The notes beneath the pieces were generated by a model, which searched no databases, was not told the origin of the DNA, and worked only from the letters and a program-made list of their open reading frames with translations. From sequence record DRR378314_544: 54,660 bases of DNA; one strand, 5' to 3'. The position numbers were made by a program, and so were the translations under genes. Shown piece by piece: positions 39,131 to 50,088 of this stretch (position 1 is its first letter; each line of letters begins with the position of its first letter).

Positions 39131-40657
39131 TCAGTCGCTGGCCGGGCTTTCCTTCATGGCCGCGTTCATGCGGCGGCGCAGCACCGGACCCACCACGTAA
39201 GGCAGAACCAGGCTCAGGGCGGCAACGAGCCAGAAGCACTTCGCCAGGGTGCTGGCCCAAAGAATTCCCCAGTCGCCGTCGGACAACACCAGGGCATGCC
39301 CCAGGTTCTTTTCCATCTCCGGTCCCAGCAACAGCCCGAGAATGATCGGCACTACCGGAATCTCGAGCTTGCGCAGGAAATAGCCCGCCGCACCAAAGGC
39401 CACCATGAAGTACAGGTCGAAAGCGCTGTTGCTGATGGAGTAGATGCCCACGAAGGCGACCATGGTCACAATGGGCAACAGGTACATTGGCGGCACCGAC
39501 AGCAGGCGCACGAAGAACCCGACCAACGGAATGTTGAGCACCAGCAGCAGAACGTTGCCAATCAGCAGGGCGGCAATAACGCCCCAGACGATATCGGCGT
39601 TCTGGGTAAACATCAGCGGGCCCGGCGTGATGTTCAGCGAAATCAGCATCGCCAACAGCACCGCGGTGGTACCACTACCTGGCACGCCCAACGTCAACAT
39701 GGGAACCAGCGCACCTGATGAAGCACCGTTATTGCCCGCTTCCGGCGCCACGACGCCTCGGATATCGCCCTCACCGAACGTGCCCTTTTTGCCGATCACG
39801 CTCTTTTCGAGGGTGTAGCTGATAAAACTGCCCAGGGACGCACCGGCGCCCGGCAACACGCCAGAGATAAACCCGAGCACACCACCCCGCAACTGGGTAG
39901 GAACGGTGGACACCAGTTCCTTGAAGCTGAGCGTCAGCTTGCCCACGTTCATCTTCTTGCGCCCGCCACCCATGCGCGACTCGACAAAGAACAACAACTC
40001 CGAAATCGCGAACAGGCCCACAATGGCAAGGATGAAATCAATCCCCTCATACAGCTCCAACACACCAAAGGTGTAGCGCTGCGTACCGGTGGAGATATCA
40101 ATGCCCACGGTGGAAATCATGATGCCGAGCGTCGCGGCAATAACGGTCTTCATCGGGTTCTTGCCGGTAATACCGCCCAGGGTGGCAAACGCCAGCAGGA
40201 ACAGCGCGAAATACTCCGCTGGGCCAAAACTCAGGGCAAACTTCGCCAACACTGGTGCCAGCATGATCAGACCGATGGTGCCAATAAGCCCGCCCGAGAA
40301 TGACGCAATGGCCGAGATCGCCAGCGCATCTGCAGCCCGCCCCTTCTGGGCCATCGGATAACCGTCCAGGCACGTCATCATCGCCGGTTCGTCACCGGGA
40401 ATATTGAGCAGGATGGAGGAAATACGACCACCATACATCGCGCCCGCGTACACCGCGGTTAGCAGGATCATGGCGGTTTCCGGCGGCAGGCCGAGGGTGA
40501 ACGCCAGTGGGATCAGAATCGCCACACCGTTTGCCGGGCCGAGGCCGGGCAAACAGCCAATCAGGGTGCCAACGAACGCGCCGAAGAGTGCAAACATCAG
40601 GTTGTACGGTGTCAGGGCCACCGCAAAACCATCCATCAGAAAACCGAGCGTTTCCAT
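39131..40657 (-). CDS. tctA: Tripartite tricarboxylate transporter permease TctA
   Basis: G.LPGLG, YGG.ISSILLNIPG, DGYPMAQKG, PEAGNN, PMLTLGVPG. Confidence 0.95.
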   Translation of the reverse strand: METLGFLMDGFAVALTPYNLMFALFGAFVGTLIGCLPGLGPANGVAILIPLAFTLGLPPETAMILLTAVYAGAMYGGRISSILLNIPGDEPAMMTCLDGYPMAQKGRAADALAISAIASFSGGLIGTIGLIMLAPVLAKFALSFGPAEYFALFLLAFATLGGITGKNPMKTVIAATLGIMISTVGIDISTGTQRYTFGVLELYEGIDFILAIVGLFAISELLFFVESRMGGGRKKMNVGKLTLSFKELVSTVPTQLRGGVLGFISGVLPGAGASLGSFISYTLEKSVIGKKGTFGEGDIRGVVAPEAGNNGASSGALVPMLTLGVPGSGTTAVLLAMLISLNITPGPLMFTQNADIVWGVIAALLIGNVLLLVLNIPLVGFFVRLLSVPPMYLLPIVTMVAFVGIYSISNSAFDLYFMVAFGAAGYFLRKLEIPVVPIILGLLLGPEMEKNLGHALVLSDGDWGILWASTLAKCFWLVAALSLVLPYVVGPVLRRRMNAAMKESPASD

Positions 40658-41103
40658 CAGTTCACCTCCAGGATGCCAGCGGGCAGGCTCAGCGCCAGGC
40701 CGTAGTTGAACAGGGCGAACACCACCAACGCACTGATCAGCCCCGTTAAAAAGGCATTCCTGGCGGGGGCGCCCATGCGCCAGCTAAGGGTCCCCACTGC
40801 CAGGGTTGTGGAGATGACAAACCCCAAGGGCTCAAGCAGCATCGCGTAGACCACCAGCACAACCAGCGACACCACGAGCTCCACCGCAGACCGGCCCAGC
40901 GGCCACTGGGCGTCGGGGTCCGGCTTGACCATCAGGTAAATGCTGCCAGCGACCAGAACCACCGCAAGGATGGTCGGGAAGGTTTCCGGCCCCACGGTTT
41001 CCGCGCCGCCGAACGGCTCGGGCCACTGCTGTGCAACCCAGCCATAGGCCACCGCCAGAACCATCAGGCCCAGACCCAGAATTCGATCACCGAGGGCTGT
41101 CAT
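40657..41103 (-). CDS. tctB: Tripartite tricarboxylate transporter small subunit TctB
   Basis: Four TM helices, GP..FP, LGF, LP.G; overlaps both tctC and tctA. Confidence 0.9.
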   Translation of the reverse strand: MTALGDRILGLGLMVLAVAYGWVAQQWPEPFGGAETVGPETFPTILAVVLVAGSIYLMVKPDPDAQWPLGRSAVELVVSLVVLVVYAMLLEPLGFVISTTLAVGTLSWRMGAPARNAFLTGLISALVVFALFNYGLALSLPAGILEVN

Positions 41104-42077
41104 TTCAGCAGTCCTATTTCACGGGACAGGTTCTCGATGTCCTGCACCTGTTGCTCGACAAAGGCGTTGAACTTGCCGGCTGGCGGATGGAATGGAATAA
41201 GGCCATTGGACTTCATCACCTTTTTCCACTCCTCGCTGGCGTACAGGGTATCGACCGTCTCAACCCAAAAAGCCTTGGATTCACTGGACGCGCCCTTGGG
41301 CATGTAGAAACCACGCCAGTTGGGACCAACCGCGTCGACACCCTGCTCTTTTGCGGTCGGGATATCGGAGAACTCACCTGGCAGGCGCTCATCGGCCAGC
41401 ACCGCCAGCACGCGGAGGTCTCCCGATGACAGGAAGCCGGTGACTTCGGAGATATCACCAGTGAAGGCGTCCACCTGGCCACCAACCACCTGGGTCATGG
41501 CCTCACCACCGTTGTTGTAGGAAAGGTAGGGAATGGCAGGCAATTGATCGGCGCCAGCCGCCTTCGCGGTAATCAGAACCTTCAGGTGATCCCAGCCGCC
41601 CCGGGCACTACCACCGGCGAACTTGACGGATTTCGGGTTCTCTTTGATGGCATCGAGCAGTTGATTCAGGTTCTCATACTGCGAGTCCTTGCCCACGGCA
41701 ATAACGCCGTAGTCAGCGCCGAGTGCGCCGACCCAGGTCACCATATCGGCGTCGAGACCGGGAAACTGCTTCTGGGCGAGACGGGTGGTGGTGGCGGTGG
41801 ATGCAGCGACGATCAGTTTGTCATCTTCCGCGCGCTTACTGACGGTGTGGGCGTAGGCAACACCACCACCAGCCCCGGCCATGTTGATCGTCTGCAGGGT
41901 GCCGTCGATCAGGCCAAGGTCCCTCATCACATTGCCGGCACTACGACAGGTGAAATCCCAGCCGCCGCCCGGGTCCGACGGGGCGATGCATTCCACTTTT
42001 CCGGAGGGTTGCCAGGCCATGGCGTTAAGACTAAAGACCGTTGCCGCGATAAACGACAGGCTTCGTTTGAGAGTCAT
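41100..42077 (-). CDS. tctC: Tripartite tricarboxylate transporter binding protein TctC
   Basis: Signal peptide, P..PGGGWD, N..GAGG, IPTAKEQG, NWRG. Start at ATG 42077 after AGAGG. Confidence 0.93.
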   Translation of the reverse strand: MTLKRSLSFIAATVFSLNAMAWQPSGKVECIAPSDPGGGWDFTCRSAGNVMRDLGLIDGTLQTINMAGAGGGVAYAHTVSKRAEDDKLIVAASTATTTRLAQKQFPGLDADMVTWVGALGADYGVIAVGKDSQYENLNQLLDAIKENPKSVKFAGGSARGGWDHLKVLITAKAAGADQLPAIPYLSYNNGGEAMTQVVGGQVDAFTGDISEVTGFLSSGDLRVLAVLADERLPGEFSDIPTAKEQGVDAVGPNWRGFYMPKGASSESKAFWVETVDTLYASEEWKKVMKSNGLIPFHPPAGKFNAFVEQQVQDIENLSREIGLLK

Positions 42078-42312
42078 GATTGTCACCTCTGTCTTGTTTT
42101 TGTGATCGCTTCCGAGGTCAGGCCGGTTTACACGGCCTATGGAAAGCGTTACCGGACAGAGGTTAAAGATTCACCAATGGGGCCAGAAGTTTGTGCGCGT
42201 AATGCCTTTAAAGAAACTAAAGGGCGTTTCGTTCATAAAATTCACGGGCAATCACACAACAGCTGATTTACCCTGATCACACAACGACAACAACCCAATC
42301 ACTGCCAACAAC

Positions 42313-43935
42313 GTGTTCAGAAAGACCAAACTCAAAACCCGGATGATTCTCACGCTCGGTTTCGTCAGCGCCCTGCAGACGATCCTGATTGGCGTATTCG
42401 CCGGCCATTATCTCAGCACGTCCCTGTTTGACGAGATCGGACAGCGTGCGCTGATGGTCTCAAAAACCGTTGCAGCAATGCCCTCGGTCATCGAGGGGGT
42501 GCGTCAGCGAGACACCGATGCGCTGAATATCCTGGCCACCCGTCTTGCCCGCACCAACGAAGCCCTGTTCATCGTGATTGGAGACCAGGACGGGATTCGG
42601 CTCGCGCATCCATCCCCAGAACGACTGGGCCACCCCATGGCCGACGACGACGGCGACAAAGGCTTGCGCGCACTGGTCGATGGCGAGGCTTATATAGCTC
42701 GAGCCAAGGGAAGCCTGGGCGAGTCCATGCGGGGCAAGGCGCCGGTAACCGACCCGGAGAGTGGGGATATTATCGGCATTGTATCGGTGGGCTACGGCGT
42801 GGATCAGGTTGACGCCATCATCGGACGTTACAGCCTTGTGCTTTACAGCGTCGTTGGCCTGACACTGCTGGTCAGCATCGGCATCGCCATGGTGATTGCG
42901 GGTCGCTTCAAGCAAGCCATCTTTGGCCTCGAGCCGGAGGAAATCGCCCGCCTGTTCCAGGAGCGGGACGCCACGTTGCAGTCGGTTCGGGAAGGCATCA
43001 TCGCCATCAACCGTGATGGCGTCATTACGACCTTCAACCGCACCGCGCTGGAAACCCTCGGCATCGATCCCGAAACGCCGCTTTCGGGCCAACCCATCCT
43101 GGATGTTCTACCCGAGAGCGACCTTCTATCCGTGCTGGAATCCGGTACTCCGGACTTCGACAGAGAGGTCTGGCTGCGAAACCGGCAGATGGTCGTCAAC
43201 CGCTTACCCGTGCGCCAGGGTGCTGACATCATTGGTGTTGTGGCCAGTTTCAGGCTGCGGGATGAAGTGGATCAGGTCAGCCGGCAACTCACCCGCATAC
43301 AGCAATACGCCGACACCCTGCGAAGCCAGACCCACGAGTATTCGAACAAGCTGCACACCATTGCCGGGCTCATCCAGATCGAGGCCTATGACGACGCCCT
43401 TAACCTGATTGGCAGCGAAGTCAGTGACCACCAGGCGCTTATCCATTTGCTGCTCGAAGCCGTTCCCGACCCGGTCATTGCCGGATGTATCCTGGGTAAA
43501 TACAACCGTGCCCGGGAGATGGGCCTGGGCCTGCAGATTGATGCCGAAAGCCGCATGGTGGATATACCCGCCGACATGCCGAGAGACCAACTGGTCAGTG
43601 TACTGGGCAACCTCATCGATAATGCCCTCGAGGCCACCCGTCATAAGACGGGCGAAGGAGGACGTGTTCAGCTATCCATGACAGACTTGGGGCATGAGCT
43701 GATTTTTGAAGTGGAAGATCAGGGGCCAGGTATCCCGGAAGACTCGCAGCAGAAGATCTTCGAGAAAGGCGTAACCACCAAGCACGGCACCGAGGAACAC
43801 GGCTATGGTCTGCACCTGGTGCGCCAGTTCCTGAATCGCTGGGGCGGCTCCATCACCGTCGAGAACCTGCCTGGTGTCGGCTCGAGATTCACCCTTTACC
43901 TTCCGAAAACCAGTCGGGGGAGAAACACGCATTGA
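42313..43935 (+). CDS. CitA/DcuS-family sensor kinase
   Basis: Periplasmic sensor (R.AHP, GSLG.S.RGKAP), GLEPEEIA, PAS, LRSQTHEYSNKL, GNLIDNA, GYGL. Confidence 0.92.
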   Translation: MFRKTKLKTRMILTLGFVSALQTILIGVFAGHYLSTSLFDEIGQRALMVSKTVAAMPSVIEGVRQRDTDALNILATRLARTNEALFIVIGDQDGIRLAHPSPERLGHPMADDDGDKGLRALVDGEAYIARAKGSLGESMRGKAPVTDPESGDIIGIVSVGYGVDQVDAIIGRYSLVLYSVVGLTLLVSIGIAMVIAGRFKQAIFGLEPEEIARLFQERDATLQSVREGIIAINRDGVITTFNRTALETLGIDPETPLSGQPILDVLPESDLLSVLESGTPDFDREVWLRNRQMVVNRLPVRQGADIIGVVASFRLRDEVDQVSRQLTRIQQYADTLRSQTHEYSNKLHTIAGLIQIEAYDDALNLIGSEVSDHQALIHLLLEAVPDPVIAGCILGKYNRAREMGLGLQIDAESRMVDIPADMPRDQLVSVLGNLIDNALEATRHKTGEGGRVQLSMTDLGHELIFEVEDQGPGIPEDSQQKIFEKGVTTKHGTEEHGYGLHLVRQFLNRWGGSITVENLPGVGSRFTLYLPKTSRGRNTH

Positions 43936-44612
43936 CCACCATCAAAATCCTGATCGTCGAAGACGACCGGAAAATCGCGGAAATCCAACGGCGATTCGTT
44001 GAACGCCTGCCGGACGTGGAGCTTTGCGGCATTGCCCACAGTCTCGGAGACGCCCGGGACCTCATCGACGTTCTGTCGCCACACCTGATCCTGCTGGACA
44101 TCTACTTTCCCGACGGCAACGGGCTGGACCTGCTTCGCGAACTCCGGGCCAGGGATAGCAGCAGCGATGTGATCCTTATTACCGCCGCCAAGGAAGTGGA
44201 GCCTCTCAGGAGCGCCCTGCGTGGCGGTGTCTTCGACTACATCCTCAAGCCCCTGGTGTTCGAGCGTCTTGAGGAAGCCGTCAACCGCTACCGCGACCAT
44301 CTACGACAGCTGTCTGGGCTCGTTCGGATCGCCCAAAAGGAAGTCGACGCCCTGTTGCCCAGGGGATCCAGCGAGACAAACCAACCCTACCGTGCAGACA
44401 GACTGCCCAAAGGTATCGATAGCATCACGCTGGATAAGATCCGCGAGGTGGTCTCATCCGGCCAGTGGAGCGCAGACGAAGTTGGTCATGCCATGGGGGC
44501 GTCCCGAACCACGGCGCGGCGCTACCTTGAATTTCTAGTTGGCCGCGGGGAGTTAACCGCAGAAGTTACCTATGGCAGCGTCGGCCGCCCGGAACGGCGG
44601 TATCACGCCTGA
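43932..44612 (+). CDS. CitB/DcuR-family response regulator
   Basis: LLDIYFPDGNG, GVFDYILKP, LPKGID..TL, SRTTARRYLE, YG.VGRP. Confidence 0.92.
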   Translation: MTTIKILIVEDDRKIAEIQRRFVERLPDVELCGIAHSLGDARDLIDVLSPHLILLDIYFPDGNGLDLLRELRARDSSSDVILITAAKEVEPLRSALRGGVFDYILKPLVFERLEEAVNRYRDHLRQLSGLVRIAQKEVDALLPRGSSETNQPYRADRLPKGIDSITLDKIREVVSSGQWSADEVGHAMGASRTTARRYLEFLVGRGELTAEVTYGSVGRPERRYHA

Positions 44613-44629
44613 CGCCATGCCCTCAAGGT

Positions 44630-45982
44630 TCAGTCCCGGAACTGCGCCTTGTCCAGCCCGTACTTTTTCATCTTGTCGTACAGCGTCTTGCGGGCGATAC
44701 CAAGCTGCACCATGGTGTCCTTGATACTGCCGTGGCAGGCATTGAGGGCGCTGACCACAGCTGAACGCTCAAAATCGTCCATCATTTCCGACAGGGTCTG
44801 GCGACCGGAGACGTTCCCGGTGACGGAAGAGTCGTTTTCGTCCAGCGCGACCGGTCCCAACAGGACATAGCGTTCCGCCAGGTTGCGGAGCTCACGCACG
44901 TTCCCAGGCCAGCTATGCTGCATCAGGCGCGCAGCCTGACTGGCGTCCAGGGGGATGCTCTCGCGGTCGTAACGGGCGGCGGCAATCAGCACGAAATGGT
45001 GGAAGAGTACCGCAATGTCGTCCTTACGATCACGCAGCGGGGGAATGTCCACTTTCACCACGTTCAACCGATAGTACAGGTCGGCCCTGAACTCGCCCTC
45101 GTCGCTGAGTTGCTTCAGGTCGGCCTTGGTGGCCGCGATGATGCGAACATCCACGTCCTGCACCTGGTTGCTGCCCAGGCGCTCCACACGCTGCTCCTCC
45201 AGAACCCTCAGCAGCTTGACCTGCAGTGCCATGGGCATACTTTCCAATTCATCCAGGAACAGAGTGCCCTTGTGGGCGTATTCGATTTTTCCGATGCGGC
45301 GCTTATCCGCACCGGTAAAGGCGCCGGCTTCGTGGCCGAAAAGCTCGCTCTCAATCAGATTCTCGGGCACCGCGCCACAGTTGATGGCAACAAAGTTGTG
45401 GGTGCTTCGGGGGCTGTTCTCATGAATATAACGAGCCAACGCATCCTTCCCGGAACCGGTCTCACCGTACAACAGAATATTGGCGGAGATATCCAGTACC
45501 GGGTCGATGGTGGCCATCACTTTCTGCATGCCGGCTGAATCCCCCAGAATCCGAGGGCCAGGCCGCGCAAGGTGCTTCAGCTGGGCTTTCAGCCGCCGGT
45601 TTTCCAGTGCCAGGTGACGTTTTTCCAGGGCGTGGCGAAGCAGCTCCAGGAGTTCATCGTGATCAAAGGGCTTTTCGATGAAGTCGTAGGCGCCCTGCTG
45701 CATGGCGGTAACGGCCGTGCTGATGTCACCCTGCCCGGTGAGGATGATCACCGGGATGGCCTCGTCCACGGCGCGTATCCTGCCCAGCATTTCCAGGCCA
45801 TCCATCCCCGGCATGTTGTAGTCGCACAACACCACACCTGCGTATTCCGGCGTGATCTTTTCGAGGCCTGACGAGGCGTCTTCGAAACAGGCGACGGGCA
45901 GCTCTTCCAGCGTCAGGGTCTGCGCAATGGCCTGGCGGATATGCGGGTCGTCGTCTACAAAGATGACCGATGCATCTGTCAC
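44630..45982 (-). CDS. dctD: Sigma54-dependent response regulator, DctD-like
   Basis: Receiver domain, GETGSGKD, ELFGHEAGAFTGA, FRADLYYRL, WPGNVREL, Fis-type HTH. Confidence 0.9.
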   Translation of the reverse strand: MTDASVIFVDDDPHIRQAIAQTLTLEELPVACFEDASSGLEKITPEYAGVVLCDYNMPGMDGLEMLGRIRAVDEAIPVIILTGQGDISTAVTAMQQGAYDFIEKPFDHDELLELLRHALEKRHLALENRRLKAQLKHLARPGPRILGDSAGMQKVMATIDPVLDISANILLYGETGSGKDALARYIHENSPRSTHNFVAINCGAVPENLIESELFGHEAGAFTGADKRRIGKIEYAHKGTLFLDELESMPMALQVKLLRVLEEQRVERLGSNQVQDVDVRIIAATKADLKQLSDEGEFRADLYYRLNVVKVDIPPLRDRKDDIAVLFHHFVLIAAARYDRESIPLDASQAARLMQHSWPGNVRELRNLAERYVLLGPVALDENDSSVTGNVSGRQTLSEMMDDFERSAVVSALNACHGSIKDTMVQLGIARKTLYDKMKKYGLDKAQFRD

Positions 45983-47793
45983 TCGGTGGTCTCCCGCTTT
46001 CTGAGGGTTAATACAAATTCCGCGCCCGGTCCGTCGCTCCGGTTACGCCCCGTCAGGCTCCCACCCAACGCATCCACGATCTGGCGGGATATCGACAGGC
46101 CAAGGCCCAGCCCCTGCTTCACCGATTTGGTGGTGAAAAAAGGCTCGAAGATCCGCTCGGTGCTGCCCGGCAGGCCCGAACCATTATCCCGCACAAGGCA
46201 ATACCAATGCCCGTCATCCTCCTCGACATCAATGGTAATTTCCGGCCGTTCGCTGCCTGCAACCGCCTGAATGGCATTCGCCACCAGATTCACCATCACC
46301 TGTTCGATCCGGATCAGGTCCCCGTGGCACTGCACCGGTTGTTCCGGGCGGTGCCATTGGATGGAGATATCGGATCGGCTTTCCTGGGCCGCCATAATCT
46401 TCAGGGCGCCGTCCACCGATTGCCGTAAGTCAACCAGTGCCGGCGGGCCTTCCGACTTGCGAGCGAACACCTTGAACTGACGGGTAAGCTCGGCCATTTT
46501 GTCACACAAGCTGATGATCTCCGAAAGGTTGGCATCCACCATCTCTGTCGCCCCCTTCTCAAGGAACCGGCGGCTGTTGCGGGCATAAGTCTGAATGGCG
46601 GTCAGCGGCTGGTTGATTTCATGGTTCAGGCCGGCGGACATCTGGCCCAGAACGGCGAGTTTGGCCGCCTGGATCAACTCATGCTGGGTTTCCCGGAGTT
46701 CATCGCGGGTTTTCTCTCGCTCCCGGATCTCATCCAGAAGCTGCTGGTTGGAGCGCTCGAGGTCTGCGGTCCTCCTTGCGACGCTGCGCTCAAGCTGCTC
46801 GCCTCTGAGCGCCAACTCGGCCTCACGGCGGTAGCGCTCCCGTAAGTACAGTGAGGCCAGCAGAGCGACCACGAAGATCGCAATGCCAACCGCCGCAAAT
46901 CCCAGCCGGGTCCAGACAACGGAGCGGGTACTCACCATCACCTGAAGGGTCCAGTCGAGTCTTGGCAGGGGCGTTCTCACCCTCAGGTATTCGCGGCTGT
47001 CTCCATGGCCATGGATACGAACGGTGCTGGCCTGGTCCGAAAGCCCCCAGGGCGTTCCAAGACGGTCAAAATCAATCGGCGTGAGCTCCCGCCCCGGATA
47101 GCGCTGACGCGACGACTCCGTAGGCCGGGCACCCCGGTTACCGGTAAAATCCCGGTATAGCCACTCGGACTTGCTGGACAGGAAACTGATGCCGTTATCG
47201 TCCAGCACCACCATTTCCGAATCCCTCAGCGATGCCGGTCGGCGCCACTGGGATTCCAGTTCATGCACCAGGACCTTCATGGCAATAACTCCCACGATCT
47301 TACCGTCTTCGCCGCGAACCGGGTGGGAAAAGTACAATCCGCGAACATCGGAGGTTGTGCCAAGGGCAAAGTAGATGGCGGAGTCTCCGGTGGCCATGGC
47401 GTTCTGGAAATAGGGCCTGAAATCGAAATTGCGACCCACGAAACTGTCCTTACGCAGGTAATTGTTGGCCGCGATGGTGGTGCCGGACGCATTCATCAAA
47501 TACACATCGGAACTGCCAACGATGGTGGCCATGCGCTGCATCTGGTCATTGGCACGAAGAAGAGTGCCAGGGTCACCCGGTGACGCCAGGGCCTCTGCCA
47601 ACAGCGGGTGTTCCGCCATCAACTCGGGAATGGGCATGTAGCGGTTCAGCTCGTTGGCAACGAGCTGGCGGTAGCGAAAGGACTCCTCCACACTCTCCTG
47701 TTCCACCTGCTGGTACCCATACCAGCCCCCCAGCATCCATGACGAGGCCAGAGTCATCAGAAAGAGAAGAAAGGCAATAATCCGGTAGGACAT
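45979..47793 (-). CDS. dctB: DctB-like dCache sensor kinase
   Basis: SFVGRNFDFRPYF, G.TSDVRGLYF, QAAKLAVLGQMSAG..HEINQPL, FEPFFTTK, GLGLGL. Confidence 0.9.
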   Translation of the reverse strand: MSYRIIAFLLFLMTLASSWMLGGWYGYQQVEQESVEESFRYRQLVANELNRYMPIPELMAEHPLLAEALASPGDPGTLLRANDQMQRMATIVGSSDVYLMNASGTTIAANNYLRKDSFVGRNFDFRPYFQNAMATGDSAIYFALGTTSDVRGLYFSHPVRGEDGKIVGVIAMKVLVHELESQWRRPASLRDSEMVVLDDNGISFLSSKSEWLYRDFTGNRGARPTESSRQRYPGRELTPIDFDRLGTPWGLSDQASTVRIHGHGDSREYLRVRTPLPRLDWTLQVMVSTRSVVWTRLGFAAVGIAIFVVALLASLYLRERYRREAELALRGEQLERSVARRTADLERSNQQLLDEIREREKTRDELRETQHELIQAAKLAVLGQMSAGLNHEINQPLTAIQTYARNSRRFLEKGATEMVDANLSEIISLCDKMAELTRQFKVFARKSEGPPALVDLRQSVDGALKIMAAQESRSDISIQWHRPEQPVQCHGDLIRIEQVMVNLVANAIQAVAGSERPEITIDVEEDDGHWYCLVRDNGSGLPGSTERIFEPFFTTKSVKQGLGLGLSISRQIVDALGGSLTGRNRSDGPGAEFVLTLRKRETTE

Positions 47794-47907
47794 ACACGCC
47801 GGTTCCTGAAAAACCGTTGAAAGCCGCTAGAGTATAGTCCCGCCCGCAGCAGGGCAATCGAGATTCAGCTCGACCACCCTGCCCTTGGGCATGTCAGCAG
47901 CCTGATA

Positions 47908-50088
47908 TCAGGTGCTTGCCGGGCGCAGTTTGTTCTGACGCTGCGCCAGGAATGCAACCACTGCCAGTGCGATACCGGCCAGATCGGTCCACAAACCGCC
48001 TTCGATCATCAGCAGCGCCGCACCGACCAGCAGCAGGCGCGTCACCACGCCCGCCGAGGCTCGGGCAAACCAGCCCATTACCCCACCAGACAGCATGTAC
48101 ACCCCAAAGATCGCGGTCACGAGCGCGCGGGCGATATCAAACCAACCCGCATCCATCAACAGGGCACCATTGTAGAAGAACATGAACGGTACGATGAACG
48201 CGGCAATGCCGATGCGGAAGGACGCCACCGAGGTTTCCATCGCGTTGGCACCGGAGATTCCGGCAGCGGCGTAGGACGCCAGTGCAACCGGGGGCGTAAT
48301 GGCAGAGACCACTGCAAAATAGAATACGAAGAAATGCGCCGTCAGCGGTTCGATACCCAACTGGACCAGCCCCGGAGCAACGACGGATGCCGCAACCGCG
48401 TACGCGGCGGTGGTCGGCATACCCATGCCCAACAGAATGGAGATGAACATGGCGAAGATCAGCGCCAGCAATTGGCTGGCCTCGGCCACGTCCAGCAGCA
48501 ACACAGAGAACCGCGCCCCGACACCGGTCAGGGAAATGACGCCCACAATCACACCGGCCGCGGCACACACCACAATGATCTGGATCGCCATGTAGGACGC
48601 AATTTCCAGCGCTTCGAGAATCTTCCGTATGCCCATCTTGTTGGGCGAGAACCAACTGACGACCGCAGCAGACACGGTTGCAAGCGTACCGGCCCGGATC
48701 ACCGAATAGCCCATGAACAGAGCCACAATCAGAATGATGATGGGTACAAACAGGTAGCACTGCTTCACCATGGTCTTGAGCTTGGGCAGCTCGTCCTCGC
48801 GCATGCCACGCATGCCGGTCTTCGCCGCCTCAAAATCCACCATGAAGTAGACAGAGGCGAAGTACAGGATCGCCGGAATAATCGCCGCAATGGCAATCTC
48901 GGTGTAGGGAATACCGGTAATCTCGGCCATGATGAAAGCGCCGGCCCCCATAATCGGTGGCATGATCTGCCCACCGGTTGAGGCCGCCGCTTCCACAGCA
49001 CCCGCTGACTGCTTGCTGTAACCCACCTTTTTCATCAGCGGAATGGTCAGGGAGCCGGTAGAGACCACATTGCCGGCACTGGTTCCGTTGATCATACCCA
49101 TCAGGCCGGAGGCAAAAATCGACACTTTCGCCGGGCCACCGCGGGTACGACCCGCTGCCGCAAAGGCAAAATTCACGAAATAGTCACCCACCTTCGACGC
49201 CTGCAGGAAGGCGGCAAAGACGATGAACAGAATGATGTAGGTCGACGACACGGCCGTGGTTGGGCCGAGGATACCGGCGTCGGTATACACCTGGCTGAAA
49301 AAGCGCTGAACCGACAGGCCGGGGTACCCCAGGAAGCCAGGTAGATAGGGCCCCAAAAACACATACACCAGAAACACCAGCCCAATAATCACCAGGGACA
49401 GGCCCGCCACCCGGCGGGTCAATTCCATTATCAGGGCCGTACCGGCAATGGCGGCAAATGAAATGCCGATCGGTGCAAACGAGGTGCCCGTGGACATGCG
49501 CATGGAGGTGTTATAAACCACGAGAAAGTAGGCCGCGACGGCCACTGAACACACAATCAACACCAGGTCCGGCACACTGAAGCGGGCACGCCCTCGCTGG
49601 TGAAACCAGCTCATCACGATACCCAGCGCACTGGCGGCCAATAGTGGCCACCCGAAATGCCAGGTTTCAAGGTCAACAGGAATCCTTAGCGTGCCACCCA
49701 GAATCATCTGGTGGAACGAAAATGTCTGGTACAGCGCATACACAGCCGGCACCATCGCCACGGCGCCGATCCAGGTGGTCCAGCGATGGCGTGCGGAGCC
49801 CTCTTCGGCGGAGACAAAACGGGCACCGGCAAACAGAATGAAGCCCAGCACCAGGGCTCCGGCAATGTGAACGATCCGGAAAGACCAGGTTTCCAGCGGC
49901 GCGATGTTAAGGCTGTACAGGTGAAAGGCTGAATAGGCGATCGCCAGCAACGTCACGAACTTCAGCATACCGCCTTCGAACAGGCGGCGGTTGGCCTCGA
50001 CGGGCTCTTCGTCAACATCGTGGGCCAGGATGTGATCCTCGCTGGTGTCGTCCACCGGGCGTTCTTCGGGGTGTTGTTTGTCAGTCAT
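47908..50088 (-). CDS. TRAP transporter fused 4TM/12TM permease (TAXI type)
   Basis: RGGPAK, NVVSTG.LTIPLMK, ASTGGQIMPPIMG, LGMGMPTTAAY, ITPPVALAS. Confidence 0.94.
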   Translation of the reverse strand: MTDKQHPEERPVDDTSEDHILAHDVDEEPVEANRRLFEGGMLKFVTLLAIAYSAFHLYSLNIAPLETWSFRIVHIAGALVLGFILFAGARFVSAEEGSARHRWTTWIGAVAMVPAVYALYQTFSFHQMILGGTLRIPVDLETWHFGWPLLAASALGIVMSWFHQRGRARFSVPDLVLIVCSVAVAAYFLVVYNTSMRMSTGTSFAPIGISFAAIAGTALIMELTRRVAGLSLVIIGLVFLVYVFLGPYLPGFLGYPGLSVQRFFSQVYTDAGILGPTTAVSSTYIILFIVFAAFLQASKVGDYFVNFAFAAAGRTRGGPAKVSIFASGLMGMINGTSAGNVVSTGSLTIPLMKKVGYSKQSAGAVEAAASTGGQIMPPIMGAGAFIMAEITGIPYTEIAIAAIIPAILYFASVYFMVDFEAAKTGMRGMREDELPKLKTMVKQCYLFVPIIILIVALFMGYSVIRAGTLATVSAAVVSWFSPNKMGIRKILEALEIASYMAIQIIVVCAAAGVIVGVISLTGVGARFSVLLLDVAEASQLLALIFAMFISILLGMGMPTTAAYAVAASVVAPGLVQLGIEPLTAHFFVFYFAVVSAITPPVALASYAAAGISGANAMETSVASFRIGIAAFIVPFMFFYNGALLMDAGWFDIARALVTAIFGVYMLSGGVMGWFARASAGVVTRLLLVGAALLMIEGGLWTDLAGIALAVVAFLAQRQNKLRPAST

